DNA of 64,000 nucleotides from a virus, in IMG/VR virus record IMGVR_UViG_3300045988_175656; one strand, given 5' to 3'. Each line of letters opens with the position of its first letter. Within the stretch, counting starts at the first letter, position 1. Below, in pieces: positions 17,060 to 26,352 of the stretch. The notes under the pieces were generated by a model. The model was not told where the DNA came from. It ran no database searches and saw only the letters and a list, made by a program, of their open reading frames with translations. Both the position numbers and the translations under genes were made by a program.

Positions 17060-17776
17060 ATGAATAATAAAATAGAGCTTATAGAAATAAAGAGAAATCA
17101 AACAGGTTCAGGTATTCTAATTGAAAACGATGGATATATATCTGCATCAATAGATGGTAACAAAAGATTGTTTGAAACTTTAAGAGAGGGCTTTGAAAAT
17201 AATAATGAATGGAAAGTTCCTAATCCTTTTATTGTTAGTGCTGTATTCCAAAAATATGGTATTAAAAATGCTAATGGTAGAATTTATCCTGAACAAGTAT
17301 TAAAAAGACAAGTTGATGAATATTTGTCTAAAATAAGAGATAACAGTTCATTTGGGGAACTTAATCATCCTTCTTCTTCATCAATTGATGGTGGAAGAAT
17401 TTCTCATATTATACGTGAACTTCACTGGGAAGGTCATACTTTAGTTGGTAAAATTGAATTACACTTATCCCCTGGATATATTAAATTTGGTGTTATTTCA
17501 ACTATGGGTGATATGGCTGCAAACTTATTACTTTCAGGCTATAAAATTGGTGTATCATCAAGAGGTGTTGGTTCTGTTGACCAAAACAGAATGGGACAAT
17601 ATGTTGTTGGAGATGATTTTGAACTTGTATGTTGGGATATTGTTACTGACCCTTCAACACCTGGAGCGTGGATTGCTCCTGATATGGCAGATTTAAAGCC
17701 TTATATGGAAAATAAAACCGATAAAGATATATCACTTTTAGAAAAGATTGATAAAATCAGTTCTTTACTGTTGTAA
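17060..17776 (+). CDS. Prohead protease (T4 gp21-like, U9/S80 family)
   Basis: NANGRIYPEQVL...FGELNHPSSS...HIIRELHWEGHTLVGKIEL...GYKIGVSSRGVGSV follows the gp21 pattern (NGRxYP, GELxHP, GVSxRGxGS). The ATG at 17060 is preferred over the TTG at 17042. Confidence 0.8.
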   Translation: MNNKIELIEIKRNQTGSGILIENDGYISASIDGNKRLFETLREGFENNNEWKVPNPFIVSAVFQKYGIKNANGRIYPEQVLKRQVDEYLSKIRDNSSFGELNHPSSSSIDGGRISHIIRELHWEGHTLVGKIELHLSPGYIKFGVISTMGDMAANLLLSGYKIGVSSRGVGSVDQNRMGQYVVGDDFELVCWDIVTDPSTPGAWIAPDMADLKPYMENKTDKDISLLEKIDKISSLLL

Positions 17777-17809
17777 TGGAATCTAAATCAATACTTTCAA
17801 AAAAGAAAG

Positions 17810-17833
17810 AATATTTATTATTAAAATAAAATA
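17810..17833 (+). promoter_or_regulatory. Candidate late promoter AATATTTATTATTAAAATAAAATA
   Basis: Nearly identical to the element at 45618-45641. It lies 17 nt upstream of the scaffold ATG. Confidence 0.4.
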
Positions 17834-17850
17834 GTTAATTCATTTCGAAA

Positions 17851-19362
17851 ATGAAAAAAGAATCTAAAATAAGAAGCCCATTTGTAAAAAATGTAATGGA
17901 AGATAGAGAAAAAATGGAAAGTATCATTCGTGAAACTACTAAATCTTCTTTACATGGTATATTGGAAGAAGCTGTAAAAAACGAACTAAATAACTTAATC
18001 AACGAAGCTGATGAAAGTGATTATGAAGAACAAGAAGTAGATGATACTGTCACTACTACTGATAATGATTCTGATGACTCTATTGAAACATCAACTGAAA
18101 CAGATTTCGACACTACAACTGATGATGGTGACACTGAAGGTATGGAAGGTGGCGAAGAAGAATTCGGTTTTGATGACGCTGAAGGTGTCGATGACAATGG
18201 CGAAGATGAATGGAGTCAATTTGATGATTATAAAGGAGAAGATGGCACGTATGACTTCACACAAGCAGATAGTGATACATTCATAAAAGTTTATAAACTT
18301 TTAAAAGATGATGACCAAGTAGCTATTCAGAAAGATGAAAGTGGAAATACTCATATTACTGATAATGAAACTGGTAGTGAATACATGATTGTATCAGATG
18401 ATAGTGCTGCTGAAGGAATGGAAAGTGGAGAAGGATTAGAAGGAACAGAAGAAGCCTTTACAACTGATGATGCTGAAGGTGAAACTTATTCTATGGATGA
18501 CATTGCTAGTCAAGAAAGTGATGATGACATGGATGAAGAAACTGTTTTTGAAATTGCATTACATGATGATGACGATGAAGAAGTAAACGAAGAAAATTTA
18601 GGTTACACAACAGATTATCAAAAGAAAACTGCAATGACAACTCCAAGTAATGCTGAACCTGCTAAAGCATCACAAACTTACTCAATGGATAAAGGTGTTC
18701 CAACTGGAACTGAAAAACCTTGGGTTGGTAATGCAGGAAATATGAAACCTTTTGATGAAGAAGATGAAACTAAAGAGGATGAAGATAATATTAATGAAGA
18801 AGATGAACAAGTAGAAGAAGGTACTAATGTTGGTGGTTTTGTGCAACAAAATACGACTAGTAAATCACATGTTCCTAATTCGTCTGGCAGAAGTGCTAGA
18901 AATGCAAGTATTGCAGGTAAAAAAGTAAAAAGTACTGCTCAACCTCGTTATTCTGGAGTTGCTGAAGATGTAATGCGTAAAGCAAATGCAATCTGGGAAG
19001 AAAACAAACAACTTAAAAAAGAATTAGTTTCAATCAAAGAATCATTGAAAGAAGCTGTTGTGTTAAACTATAATTTAGGTCAAATTACTAAATTATTTAC
19101 AGAAAATACAACAACAAGAGAAGAAAAAATCAATATAATTAAACGTTTTGGTAGCGAAGCAAAATCTGTTGAAGATAGTAAAAAGTTATACGAATCTGTT
19201 TCAAGAGAATTGAAAAAAGTGAACCAATTAAATGGTGTTAATAATATTGATAAACAGTTAAGTGAATCTAAAAGTACTAATTTATTGGTAGAAACACCAA
19301 TTTATCAATCGGATGACCTTACTGAATCGTTAAATTTAATGAAACGTCTTAATAATTTATAA
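17851..19362 (+). CDS. Prohead scaffolding/core protein (gp22-like by position and composition)
   Basis: Lies between protease and MCP. It has an extremely acidic D/E/T-rich centre and a helical K/E-rich C-terminus. Confidence 0.65.
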   Translation: MKKESKIRSPFVKNVMEDREKMESIIRETTKSSLHGILEEAVKNELNNLINEADESDYEEQEVDDTVTTTDNDSDDSIETSTETDFDTTTDDGDTEGMEGGEEEFGFDDAEGVDDNGEDEWSQFDDYKGEDGTYDFTQADSDTFIKVYKLLKDDDQVAIQKDESGNTHITDNETGSEYMIVSDDSAAEGMESGEGLEGTEEAFTTDDAEGETYSMDDIASQESDDDMDEETVFEIALHDDDDEEVNEENLGYTTDYQKKTAMTTPSNAEPAKASQTYSMDKGVPTGTEKPWVGNAGNMKPFDEEDETKEDEDNINEEDEQVEEGTNVGGFVQQNTTSKSHVPNSSGRSARNASIAGKKVKSTAQPRYSGVAEDVMRKANAIWEENKQLKKELVSIKESLKEAVVLNYNLGQITKLFTENTTTREEKINIIKRFGSEAKSVEDSKKLYESVSRELKKVNQLNGVNNIDKQLSESKSTNLLVETPIYQSDDLTESLNLMKRLNNL

Positions 19363-19390
19363 TTAATAGATGAATTTCTGAAATTTAACT

Positions 19391-19411
19391 AATATTTATA
19401 TTTAAAAATAA
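19391..19411 (+). promoter_or_regulatory. Candidate strong late promoter AATATTTATATTTAAAAATAA
   Basis: Lies 22 nt upstream of the MCP ATG and shares about 25 nt with the element at 5231. Confidence 0.45.
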
Positions 19412-19433
19412 CTAAAATACAAATTCTAATATA

Positions 19434-21395
19434 ATGAGAGAATTTTTAGCAAGTGGTGCAGTCGGTAAAATCGAATACGATGCACAAAAGAAAATTAGAC
19501 AAGATATTCAAGAAAGATGGGAACGCTTAGGATTCGTTGATGGATTGCAAGGTCACATTAAAGAAAACATTGCAACTCTATACGAAAATGAAGCAAAACA
19601 CTTAATATATGAAGCAACTGCTTCTGATAACTCAGGTTCTTTTGAAACTGTTGTATTCCCTATCATCAGACGTGTATTCTCTAAACTTTTAGCGAATGAC
19701 ATTGTTTCTGTACAAGCAATGAACTTACCAATCGGTAAATTGTTCTTCATTTTACCTGTTACTTCAGAAAGACAATGGGATTACCAAGTTCCTGGTCAAA
19801 TTACTGATGGTGACACAGGTTCTCATGTAGGTTTAATGGGTTATGACCGTGTAGATAGAAATTTAGACGGTGCTGTTACTCCACGTTATTACTTACCTGA
19901 TGAAGTAGTTCAAGGTATTGAAAGTAAATGGGTTGATATGGTAACTGGTACTGAATATGCAACTGTTGAAGCAGGTGTAGCAGCAGGTGTTCCAGCAACT
20001 CGTTTAAGAAAAGTTGGTCCTGAAGTTACTCAATACATGAAAAAAACCTTATATGATTTATTCTATAATGACTTCTTGTTTGATAACTCAAAAGGTAAAA
20101 TCACAATTAAAGTTGGTGGTGCTGTTCCTGTAATATTGAACGCAGCTGGTGAATTTGATTTAGCTAACATAGCAACTTACCCAACTAACGGTTTAGATGG
20201 CTCTTTAAGAAATATTATATTAAAAGTTACAGGATTTAGTTCATTTAATGCAGGTCGTTTAACAGGTCCTGATGGTAATGAAATGGACACTGAAGCTTTC
20301 TTAGCTTCTTTAAAAGTAGTATCTCAAAAAGCTATTGCTGATGCAGACGACAAAGGTTATTCAACTTTTGCTGCATATGAATCAATTCCATTTAGATTAA
20401 TGACTCAAAAATATGGTGCAGGTATTGTTGATTATACTTCAATATGTGATGCCAAAGGTGAATTATTCTTGGAATTAGATTTAACAAAACCAGTTAAAGA
20501 CCAAGGTAAAACTTTAGATGGCTATATTGGTGTTAACCCTAACGCATTTTCAGGTGTAACAGGTGCAACAGAAGAAGAAATGGCAGCAGCTATTAAAGAT
20601 TTATTTAAAATCGCTTGGGCACAATATGATTCATTAGAATTAGAAACTGAAATTGGTGAAGTATCTTTCAAATTAGATTCTGTAACTGTATCAGTTGAAG
20701 AAAGAAAATTAAGAGCTACTTGGTCTCCTGAATTAGCACAAGACGTTTCTGCATTCCACAATATTGATGCTGAAGCTGAATTAACAGCTATCTTATCAGA
20801 ACAAATTGCAGCAGAAGTTGACCGTGAAATCTTACGTGACTTGCGTAAAGCTGCTCCTTGGCAAGCTCGTTGGGATGTAAATGGTTGGAAACGTCAAGCA
20901 GCGTTCTCTACTAACTACACTCAAAAAGACTGGAACCAAGAGTTAGTGACTAAAATCAATCAGATTTCAGCACAAATCCAAAAATCAACATTGAGAGGTG
21001 GAGCTAACTTCATTGTTGTTTCTTCAGAAATTTCAGCATTGTTCAATAACTTAGAATACTTCCACGTAACTGATGCATCTGCTGAATCTGACCAATACAA
21101 CATGGGTATTGAAAGAATTGGTTCATTACAAGGTCGTTACCAAGTAATTGTTGACCCATATTCTCCACACTGGTCTATGATTATTGGACACCACGGTAAA
21201 TCATTGTTAGATACAGGTTATATCTACGCACCATATGTACCTATGGCTTTAACTCCAACAATGTATAACCCATTCAACTTTGCTCCAATCAAAGGTATTG
21301 TAACTCGTTATGCTAAGAAATTAGTAAACAACCGTTACTATGGACATATTAAAGTTGATGGTTTAACTACTTGGAACATCAATGAATTAAGATAA
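19434..21395 (+). CDS. Major capsid protein (T4 gp23-like, HK97 fold)
   Basis: PIIRRVFSKLLANDIVSVQAMNLPIGKLF aligns with T4 VRRAIPNLIAFDICGVQPMNSPTGQVF. ELAQDVSAFHNIDAEAELTAILSEQI aligns with ELAQDLRAVHGMDADAELSGILATEI, and GYIYAPYVPMALTP with GIYYAPYVALTP. Confidence 0.92.
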   Translation: MREFLASGAVGKIEYDAQKKIRQDIQERWERLGFVDGLQGHIKENIATLYENEAKHLIYEATASDNSGSFETVVFPIIRRVFSKLLANDIVSVQAMNLPIGKLFFILPVTSERQWDYQVPGQITDGDTGSHVGLMGYDRVDRNLDGAVTPRYYLPDEVVQGIESKWVDMVTGTEYATVEAGVAAGVPATRLRKVGPEVTQYMKKTLYDLFYNDFLFDNSKGKITIKVGGAVPVILNAAGEFDLANIATYPTNGLDGSLRNIILKVTGFSSFNAGRLTGPDGNEMDTEAFLASLKVVSQKAIADADDKGYSTFAAYESIPFRLMTQKYGAGIVDYTSICDAKGELFLELDLTKPVKDQGKTLDGYIGVNPNAFSGVTGATEEEMAAAIKDLFKIAWAQYDSLELETEIGEVSFKLDSVTVSVEERKLRATWSPELAQDVSAFHNIDAEAELTAILSEQIAAEVDREILRDLRKAAPWQARWDVNGWKRQAAFSTNYTQKDWNQELVTKINQISAQIQKSTLRGGANFIVVSSEISALFNNLEYFHVTDASAESDQYNMGIERIGSLQGRYQVIVDPYSPHWSMIIGHHGKSLLDTGYIYAPYVPMALTPTMYNPFNFAPIKGIVTRYAKKLVNNRYYGHIKVDGLTTWNINELR

Positions 21396-21415
21396 TCTTA
21401 ATTGCATATACACAG

Positions 21416-21447
21416 AAAAAGGCTTAGAATATTCTAAGCCTTTTTTA
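21416..21447 (+). terminator. Strong rho-independent terminator after the MCP gene
   Basis: ggcttagaat / attctaagcc perfect 10-bp stem flanked by A5 and T6. Confidence 0.8.
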
Positions 21448-21463
21448 TTTTAATGTGTGTTTT

Positions 21464-21472
21464 AATATTTAT
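21464..21472 (+). promoter_or_regulatory. Candidate late-promoter motif AATATTTAT
   Basis: Exact 9-mer just upstream of the ORF at 21479 (alternative start at 21494). Confidence 0.3.
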
Positions 21473-21478
21473 TAATAA

Positions 21479-21928
21479 ATGATTTATAATAACATGAAAA
21501 GTATTAAATTAACTAAAAAAGACATAAAACAGATTGCAGAATCTTGTGTTAAAAATATATTAAAAGAAGATTTTTTTCAAAATAATATGAATAACCAATA
21601 TGATAATGATGAAGAAGAGTTTGAAACAGATAATGAACCTTATTTTAGTCAACAAGATAATCATAGAAACATTCTAATTTATTTAAATAATATTTGTAAG
21701 GGGATAGGTGGTAGTACTGATTATTATGATGGATATTATGTACTTAATGAAAAAGAAGATTTAATACAAATTATGTTAAGTTTTAATCCTAATAATGGTG
21801 AATTATATGTGTATGATGTGGAAATTGCTAAAAATATTGGCAATGAAATACCAGAAACTATTAATGCGTTCAATTGGGGTAGTAAAGCACTTACATTGTT
21901 ATCAACAAAACCATTTAAAGCACAATAA
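21479..21928 (+). CDS. Hypothetical protein
   Basis: ORF after the MCP terminator, followed by a bidirectional terminator. Confidence 0.5.
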   Translation: MIYNNMKSIKLTKKDIKQIAESCVKNILKEDFFQNNMNNQYDNDEEEFETDNEPYFSQQDNHRNILIYLNNICKGIGGSTDYYDGYYVLNEKEDLIQIMLSFNPNNGELYVYDVEIAKNIGNEIPETINAFNWGSKALTLLSTKPFKAQ

Positions 21929-21958
21929 AAAAGGTGAGAATTAATTCTCACCTTTTTT
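21927..21958. terminator. Bidirectional terminator between convergent genes
   Basis: ggtgagaatt / aattctcacc stem flanked by A6 and T6. Confidence 0.75.
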
Positions 21959-22210
21959 ACTTTTTATCCACATATTATGAAGTTGGTCTATGGTATAGTT
22001 TTGTGGATATTTTAAACCATATGGAGCAAATGCCCATATTTCTCCATCATTAGGATAATAATAAAAATCACATCCTTCACAATACCAACAATCTTTTTCT
22101 GATTTAAAACTGCCATCAATCCAACATTTTTGCAAATATGCATTTTCTTCAATTTTCAGAGATTCTTTTTTTGAACATAATTTTTTCATATTCTTTTTCA
22201 GCTTGTGCAA
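21941..22210 (-). CDS. Cys/aromatic-rich small protein, possibly the C-terminal part of 22149-23045
   Basis: Contains CWIDGSFKSEKDCWYCEGCDFYYY. It overlaps the upstream ORF by 41-62 nt in the +1 frame across an A7 run. Confidence 0.4.
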   Translation of the reverse strand: MHKLKKNMKKLCSKKESLKIEENAYLQKCWIDGSFKSEKDCWYCEGCDFYYYPNDGEIWAFAPYGLKYPQNYTIDQLHNMWIKSKKGEN

Positions 22211-23045
22211 TTATTATGTGAAAATATAAAGCACCATAACCTAAATTACCAATTATATCCTTTTTGATATATTCATATGAGCCATCATCATTGATAATTT
22301 TCTCTTCACCTGGATAATAATCATACCAATTACATGTAACATATTTATATCCTTTTTTCAAAGGAATATAAATTCTTTTAAATGTTTCTTCATATTTTTG
22401 ATTATGTTGATAATCAAGAGTACCAACTCTATTAGAATCCCATGAATGTTTTTCCCCATATGGAACATGATATACAGGGAGTTTTATAACCTCTCCTTTG
22501 TATATAACATAAAAATCATTAATATATCTAATACTTTTTGCTATACCAATTAATTCCCCATTTGGTTTTTCTCTGACTTTTCCAAATATAGGTATTTCTC
22601 TTGTTTCATTCCAATTTAATTGTTTATATGTAAATTGTACATATTCTTTATAATCACGTTTATTCCATTTGTTATAACAGAGAATATTATATTCATTCAC
22701 ATAAAATCCAAATATTTTACCATATCTGTATAAATCCCATGAGTATGAATGTATTGGTTTAACATATTCATTCCATTTATCAAACATTTCTTTGGCATTT
22801 CTAAAATGTAATTTAGAAAATTTATTAAATACTTCGTCAACATTTTTACCAACATTTTTTAAAAGAAAACGTTCAATATAATTGTTGATTTTTTTATTGA
22901 AATACCAATATTCGTCATCCCATTTTGATATGTAAGAACCTTTACTAAATGGTATAAATTTAGCATGATTCTTTTTAACATAAGCTCTGTTGTACTTATA
23001 GCCACGACCTTTATAATTGGTCTTAATTTTAAAATTTTTTATCAT
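22149..23045 (-). CDS. Hypothetical protein (W/Y/K-rich)
   Basis: Long ORF in the leftward block. Confidence 0.6.
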   Translation of the reverse strand: MIKNFKIKTNYKGRGYKYNRAYVKKNHAKFIPFSKGSYISKWDDEYWYFNKKINNYIERFLLKNVGKNVDEVFNKFSKLHFRNAKEMFDKWNEYVKPIHSYSWDLYRYGKIFGFYVNEYNILCYNKWNKRDYKEYVQFTYKQLNWNETREIPIFGKVREKPNGELIGIAKSIRYINDFYVIYKGEVIKLPVYHVPYGEKHSWDSNRVGTLDYQHNQKYEETFKRIYIPLKKGYKYVTCNWYDYYPGEEKIINDDGSYEYIKKDIIGNLGYGALYFHIIIAQAEKEYEKIMFKKRISEN

Positions 23046-23114
23046 ATTCTTCTAAGTTAAATGTTAATTTTACCTAGAAGTGATAGTGTTTTATTAGTAA
23101 TTTTTTATTCATAT

Positions 23115-23630
23115 TTATTTATTCATTAGTGCATAAATTATTCCTTTGCGGAAATCAACAGAATTAATTGTTTTTCTTGCTACATCATGCCGACATTCAG
23201 TACCAGAAATTCTTTCTGTTGAAACTAATTCTGATGATGGATATTTACCACCATTTTGATGATACGTTTCCAAGAAGCTATCACGACTACCATAAACAGT
23301 TATTTTATCAAAAGAAGTTGTAATACTTTCTATTTGGTCATCAAGATTTCTAACCCATTCCTCATTTGAATCTCTATCTTTTATAAATAGAACTTTAACA
23401 TTTGGAAATACTGTTGTTATCATTTCTTGTCTTGCATCAAATGGTAAAGGGTTTGAAATTGTAAGTTCATTATTCTTTGGTATTCCTAAGAACAAATAAA
23501 CTTTTTCATGTCTATCAATTACAGACTGAATCAAATCATGATGCATACGATGCAATTCAGGGACTTGAAATCTTCCAACTATAACTCCCACATTAAATTC
23601 TTTAAACCTTAATTCATCTCTTGTTTCCAT
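23115..23630 (-). CDS. Cytidylyltransferase-family nucleotidyltransferase, NMN adenylyltransferase-like
   Basis: VGVIVGRFQVPELHRMHHDLI resembles the GRFQPxHxGH motif of NadM/NadR-type NMNATs. The distal ISGTECR resembles the ISxTxxR motif. Confidence 0.55.
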   Translation of the reverse strand: METRDELRFKEFNVGVIVGRFQVPELHRMHHDLIQSVIDRHEKVYLFLGIPKNNELTISNPLPFDARQEMITTVFPNVKVLFIKDRDSNEEWVRNLDDQIESITTSFDKITVYGSRDSFLETYHQNGGKYPSSELVSTERISGTECRHDVARKTINSVDFRKGIIYALMNK

Positions 23631-23631
23631 A

Positions 23632-23871
23632 TTATTTAATTAATTCGTCAACCACTGATTTTGCTTCAATATATTGTGCATTATTAAATTCAACAACAGT
23701 TTTATCCCACAAATCTTTAGGAATTAACACTGTATTACTTAATAATTCATACATATGCTCAATTAAAATCATGATTGAACAATGTTCAGCATCAAATTTA
23801 TAATCTATATTATGAGTTTTCATTATATCTCCAATATAATTCATTTTATTCACTAAATCATGATTAACCAT
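23632..23871 (-). CDS. Hypothetical protein (start moved to the internal ATG at 23871)
   Basis: The first 11 codons of the track ORF cover the conserved promoter box, so MVNHDLV... is the likely start. Confidence 0.45.
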   Translation of the reverse strand: MVNHDLVNKMNYIGDIMKTHNIDYKFDAEHCSIMILIEHMYELLSNTVLIPKDLWDKTVVEFNNAQYIEAKSVVDELIK

Positions 23872-23891
23872 ATTTTCATTTTTAATGTTTG

Positions 23892-23925
23892 TGCAAATAT
23901 ACAAATAAAAAACGAGAACTCCAAA
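23892..23925 (-). promoter_or_regulatory. Bacteroidota-type promoter (TTTG, 20-nt spacer, TATATTTG)
   Basis: Plus strand reads tgcaaatatac at 23892-23902. The -7 box is at 23894-23901 and the -33 element at 23922-23925. Confidence 0.55.
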
Positions 23926-23937
23926 AGAATTCTCGTT
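23903..23937 (-). terminator. Terminator of the phoH transcript, overlapping the next promoter
   Basis: aacgagaa / ttctcgtt stem followed by a T-run in minus sense. Confidence 0.55.
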
Positions 23938-23954
23938 TATTTTTTAACTTCTTA

Positions 23955-24746
23955 TTATTTTTCGTCCCATCTATCAAGAATTTTTGATATGATTGGGTTT
24001 CTAACTATTTCATCTTTAGTAAACTGCATACTTCCAACATCTTCCAAATCACTAAGCTTATCAATAGCATATTTTAAACCACAATCTGATGCACCTTTCT
24101 TTATATCTTTATTATCAATTTGGTCTAAATCCCCATCAAATATGTATTTAGAATTATCACCAATTCTTGTTAATAAAGTTTTAAATGCTGATTTTGGTAA
24201 ATTTTGACTTTCCTCTATCAATACAACAGCATTATCAATTGTTAAACCTCTCAAAAAAGAAACACACATGATTTCAAGTAATCCACATTTTTGTAGTTCT
24301 TTAACAACTTCTTTACCATTATTACCAGCCGCATTTAATATTTTTTCCATTGTGTATATATGGGCTTGTGCATAAGGCATGATTTTTTCTTCAATAGTTC
24401 CTTTCAAAAAACCAATTTCTAAATCAGATTGAACAGTTGGTACAACGATTATAATTTTTTTATAAGCATTATCACCTTTTAATAATTCCAAAGCTGTTGC
24501 TAATGCTACATAACTTTTACCTGTACCTGCTGCACCTGCACAAAATGTTACTTCTTTTGATTTAATCAAATTATGTAAAAGTTTTTGTGATTGATTTTTA
24601 CATTTAAGGTTAACTTTGTAATTTAAGGCTTTTGAACAATTGGTGTAGGAACTTTCGCCCCTATCTTCAGCACCATATGCCATTTTTGAGTTGATAAGCT
24701 CCAAGTCAGCTTCATCAAGACCTTTCAGGTTTTTTTTACGACCCAT
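23955..24746 (-). CDS. phoH: PhoH-like ATPase
   Basis: Walker A GAAGTGKSY, Walker B VVLIEESQN, and the GDLDQID motif typical of PhoH. Confidence 0.85.
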   Translation of the reverse strand: MGRKKNLKGLDEADLELINSKMAYGAEDRGESSYTNCSKALNYKVNLKCKNQSQKLLHNLIKSKEVTFCAGAAGTGKSYVALATALELLKGDNAYKKIIIVVPTVQSDLEIGFLKGTIEEKIMPYAQAHIYTMEKILNAAGNNGKEVVKELQKCGLLEIMCVSFLRGLTIDNAVVLIEESQNLPKSAFKTLLTRIGDNSKYIFDGDLDQIDNKDIKKGASDCGLKYAIDKLSDLEDVGSMQFTKDEIVRNPIISKILDRWDEK

Positions 24747-24774
24747 AGTTTTTAAATTATTCTTTATTATTAAA

Positions 24775-24815
24775 AAAAAGAAAAAGGCGCAATGATAACA
24801 TTATCATTACACCTT
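24775..24815 (-). terminator. Weak A/T-rich hairpin with a long T-run (minus sense)
   Basis: aatgataa / ttatcatt inverted repeat followed by gcgccttttttctttttttt in minus sense. Confidence 0.4.
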
Positions 24816-24887
24816 TATAATATAATATGTATGTTTTACAATTTCAATTGCTTTCATAGATTTTTATACTTCTTTTATTAATAAATA

Positions 24888-26315
24888 TCATGTATAAACT
24901 TCGGTTACATCATTAATTATATCAAAAGATAAAATATTTTCAAAGTGTTTCACTTCCATATTTGAATATATTTTAATGTCTATTTTATATCTATTTGGTA
25001 ATAAATCATTTGTGTTAATTAACAAATAATTATGATTCCAACATCTCTCTAATTTTTGCCATGAAATGACATCCAATTCTCTCACACCATCATTTACATA
25101 TAATCTGTATTCCATATTATCAATTATTTGTAATTGATTTGTTGTATAAGGTATTCTTGCTTCAACTATAACTTTTCTAATATCTCCACGTTTAATTTTT
25201 TCATCATAGTTAATACCTCTGATAGATGGTACATATTGTTTTGGTAATTGGTCTCCATTTCCAAATTGATAAAAATCAAATTCAGATAAAGTAACAAAAT
25301 CAAGTTCTACATCTTTTAATTTTTTTCCTTTATATATAAGATTAGTCCAAGTATCATATACCATTTCTTTATTTCCATAATCTTCTGAAGATAATTCTAA
25401 CTCAATATAATATACACCCTTTGTCGCTTGTTTAGAAGCGATTTCTGACCCGTTTACACTACAAATGGGTAGTTCATCCAAATTAGTAGGAAAACCGCCT
25501 ACATTCGAGTAAAAATACAATCTATTAGGTTTATCCAAATAAAATGTTGCTCTATCATCAGAAATCACTTCATTGTATGTTGTTTCTACATAAGGTTCAA
25601 AAAATGTATTAGTAAATTGTGTGAAAAAGCCAACATATTGTGTGAATTCCTTTTCTGTTAATTCAAGAGTTGGAGAAAAAGCTATTCCAATACCATAATT
25701 TTCAAGTTCACCTGTGATATATTTATTAAAAGTTTCTGTAATGTCTAAATTTATATTTTCATTACCAAAATCAAAATGTGAAACACCAATTATAATATTA
25801 CTTTTATTTCCATCTTTTGATGAAAATTTATCTAATTCTATTGAAAGTTTGTTTGTTGTATATATTCCTTCAGTTTCCCATAAAAAGCCATTTTTTGCTT
25901 GATACCAATTAGAACCATCTGTTGAAAGAGAATTATGTGAGCCAATATACAAATCTTCCACATAATCAAACCCTCTACCATTATCCCATGTTTGTGGGAT
26001 TAAAAAAAATATTAAATCAAATGATACTGCTCTTTCTTTTTTGCTATTAAATGTTGATGATAACATTTTTTTATCAAATGTGGAAGCATCTATTGAACCA
26101 CAGTTAACCATTTTTAATACATGTTTAAGTTTTGAAATATCAGGGTAGGTTTTATCACACACCAAATCCTTCACTTTATTGTGGTCAAAGTGAAGGATTA
26201 TTCTGGTTAGTAGTTTTGAATAGTTAAGTTCTGCAACAGGGTTTAAACCTGTATTTACAGGACTGTCTTTGATTATTGTGTTGCAACGGTCTAAAAACGT
26301 TTTAGTAACTATCAT
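24888..26315 (-). CDS. Hypothetical virion (baseplate or receptor-binding?) protein, assigned by context
   Basis: Immediately downstream of the spike gene, with a late-type motif upstream. Confidence 0.55.
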   Translation of the reverse strand: MIVTKTFLDRCNTIIKDSPVNTGLNPVAELNYSKLLTRIILHFDHNKVKDLVCDKTYPDISKLKHVLKMVNCGSIDASTFDKKMLSSTFNSKKERAVSFDLIFFLIPQTWDNGRGFDYVEDLYIGSHNSLSTDGSNWYQAKNGFLWETEGIYTTNKLSIELDKFSSKDGNKSNIIIGVSHFDFGNENINLDITETFNKYITGELENYGIGIAFSPTLELTEKEFTQYVGFFTQFTNTFFEPYVETTYNEVISDDRATFYLDKPNRLYFYSNVGGFPTNLDELPICSVNGSEIASKQATKGVYYIELELSSEDYGNKEMVYDTWTNLIYKGKKLKDVELDFVTLSEFDFYQFGNGDQLPKQYVPSIRGINYDEKIKRGDIRKVIVEARIPYTTNQLQIIDNMEYRLYVNDGVRELDVISWQKLERCWNHNYLLINTNDLLPNRYKIDIKIYSNMEVKHFENILSFDIINDVTEVYT

Positions 26316-26343
26316 TATTGTAAATTTTATATTCTTATTTACA

Positions 26344-26352
26344 ATAAATAGT
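26344..26352 (-). promoter_or_regulatory. Candidate late-promoter motif ACTATTTAT (minus sense)
   Basis: Exact 9-mer 28 nt upstream of the ATG at 26315. Confidence 0.3.

Noticed and set aside
17445-17696. An 83-aa ORF in an alternative frame inside the prohead protease gene, and 18041-18286 inside the scaffold gene.
   Set aside because: They lie fully inside strongly supported genes in another frame, have no start context and have biased composition. They are most likely chance ORFs.
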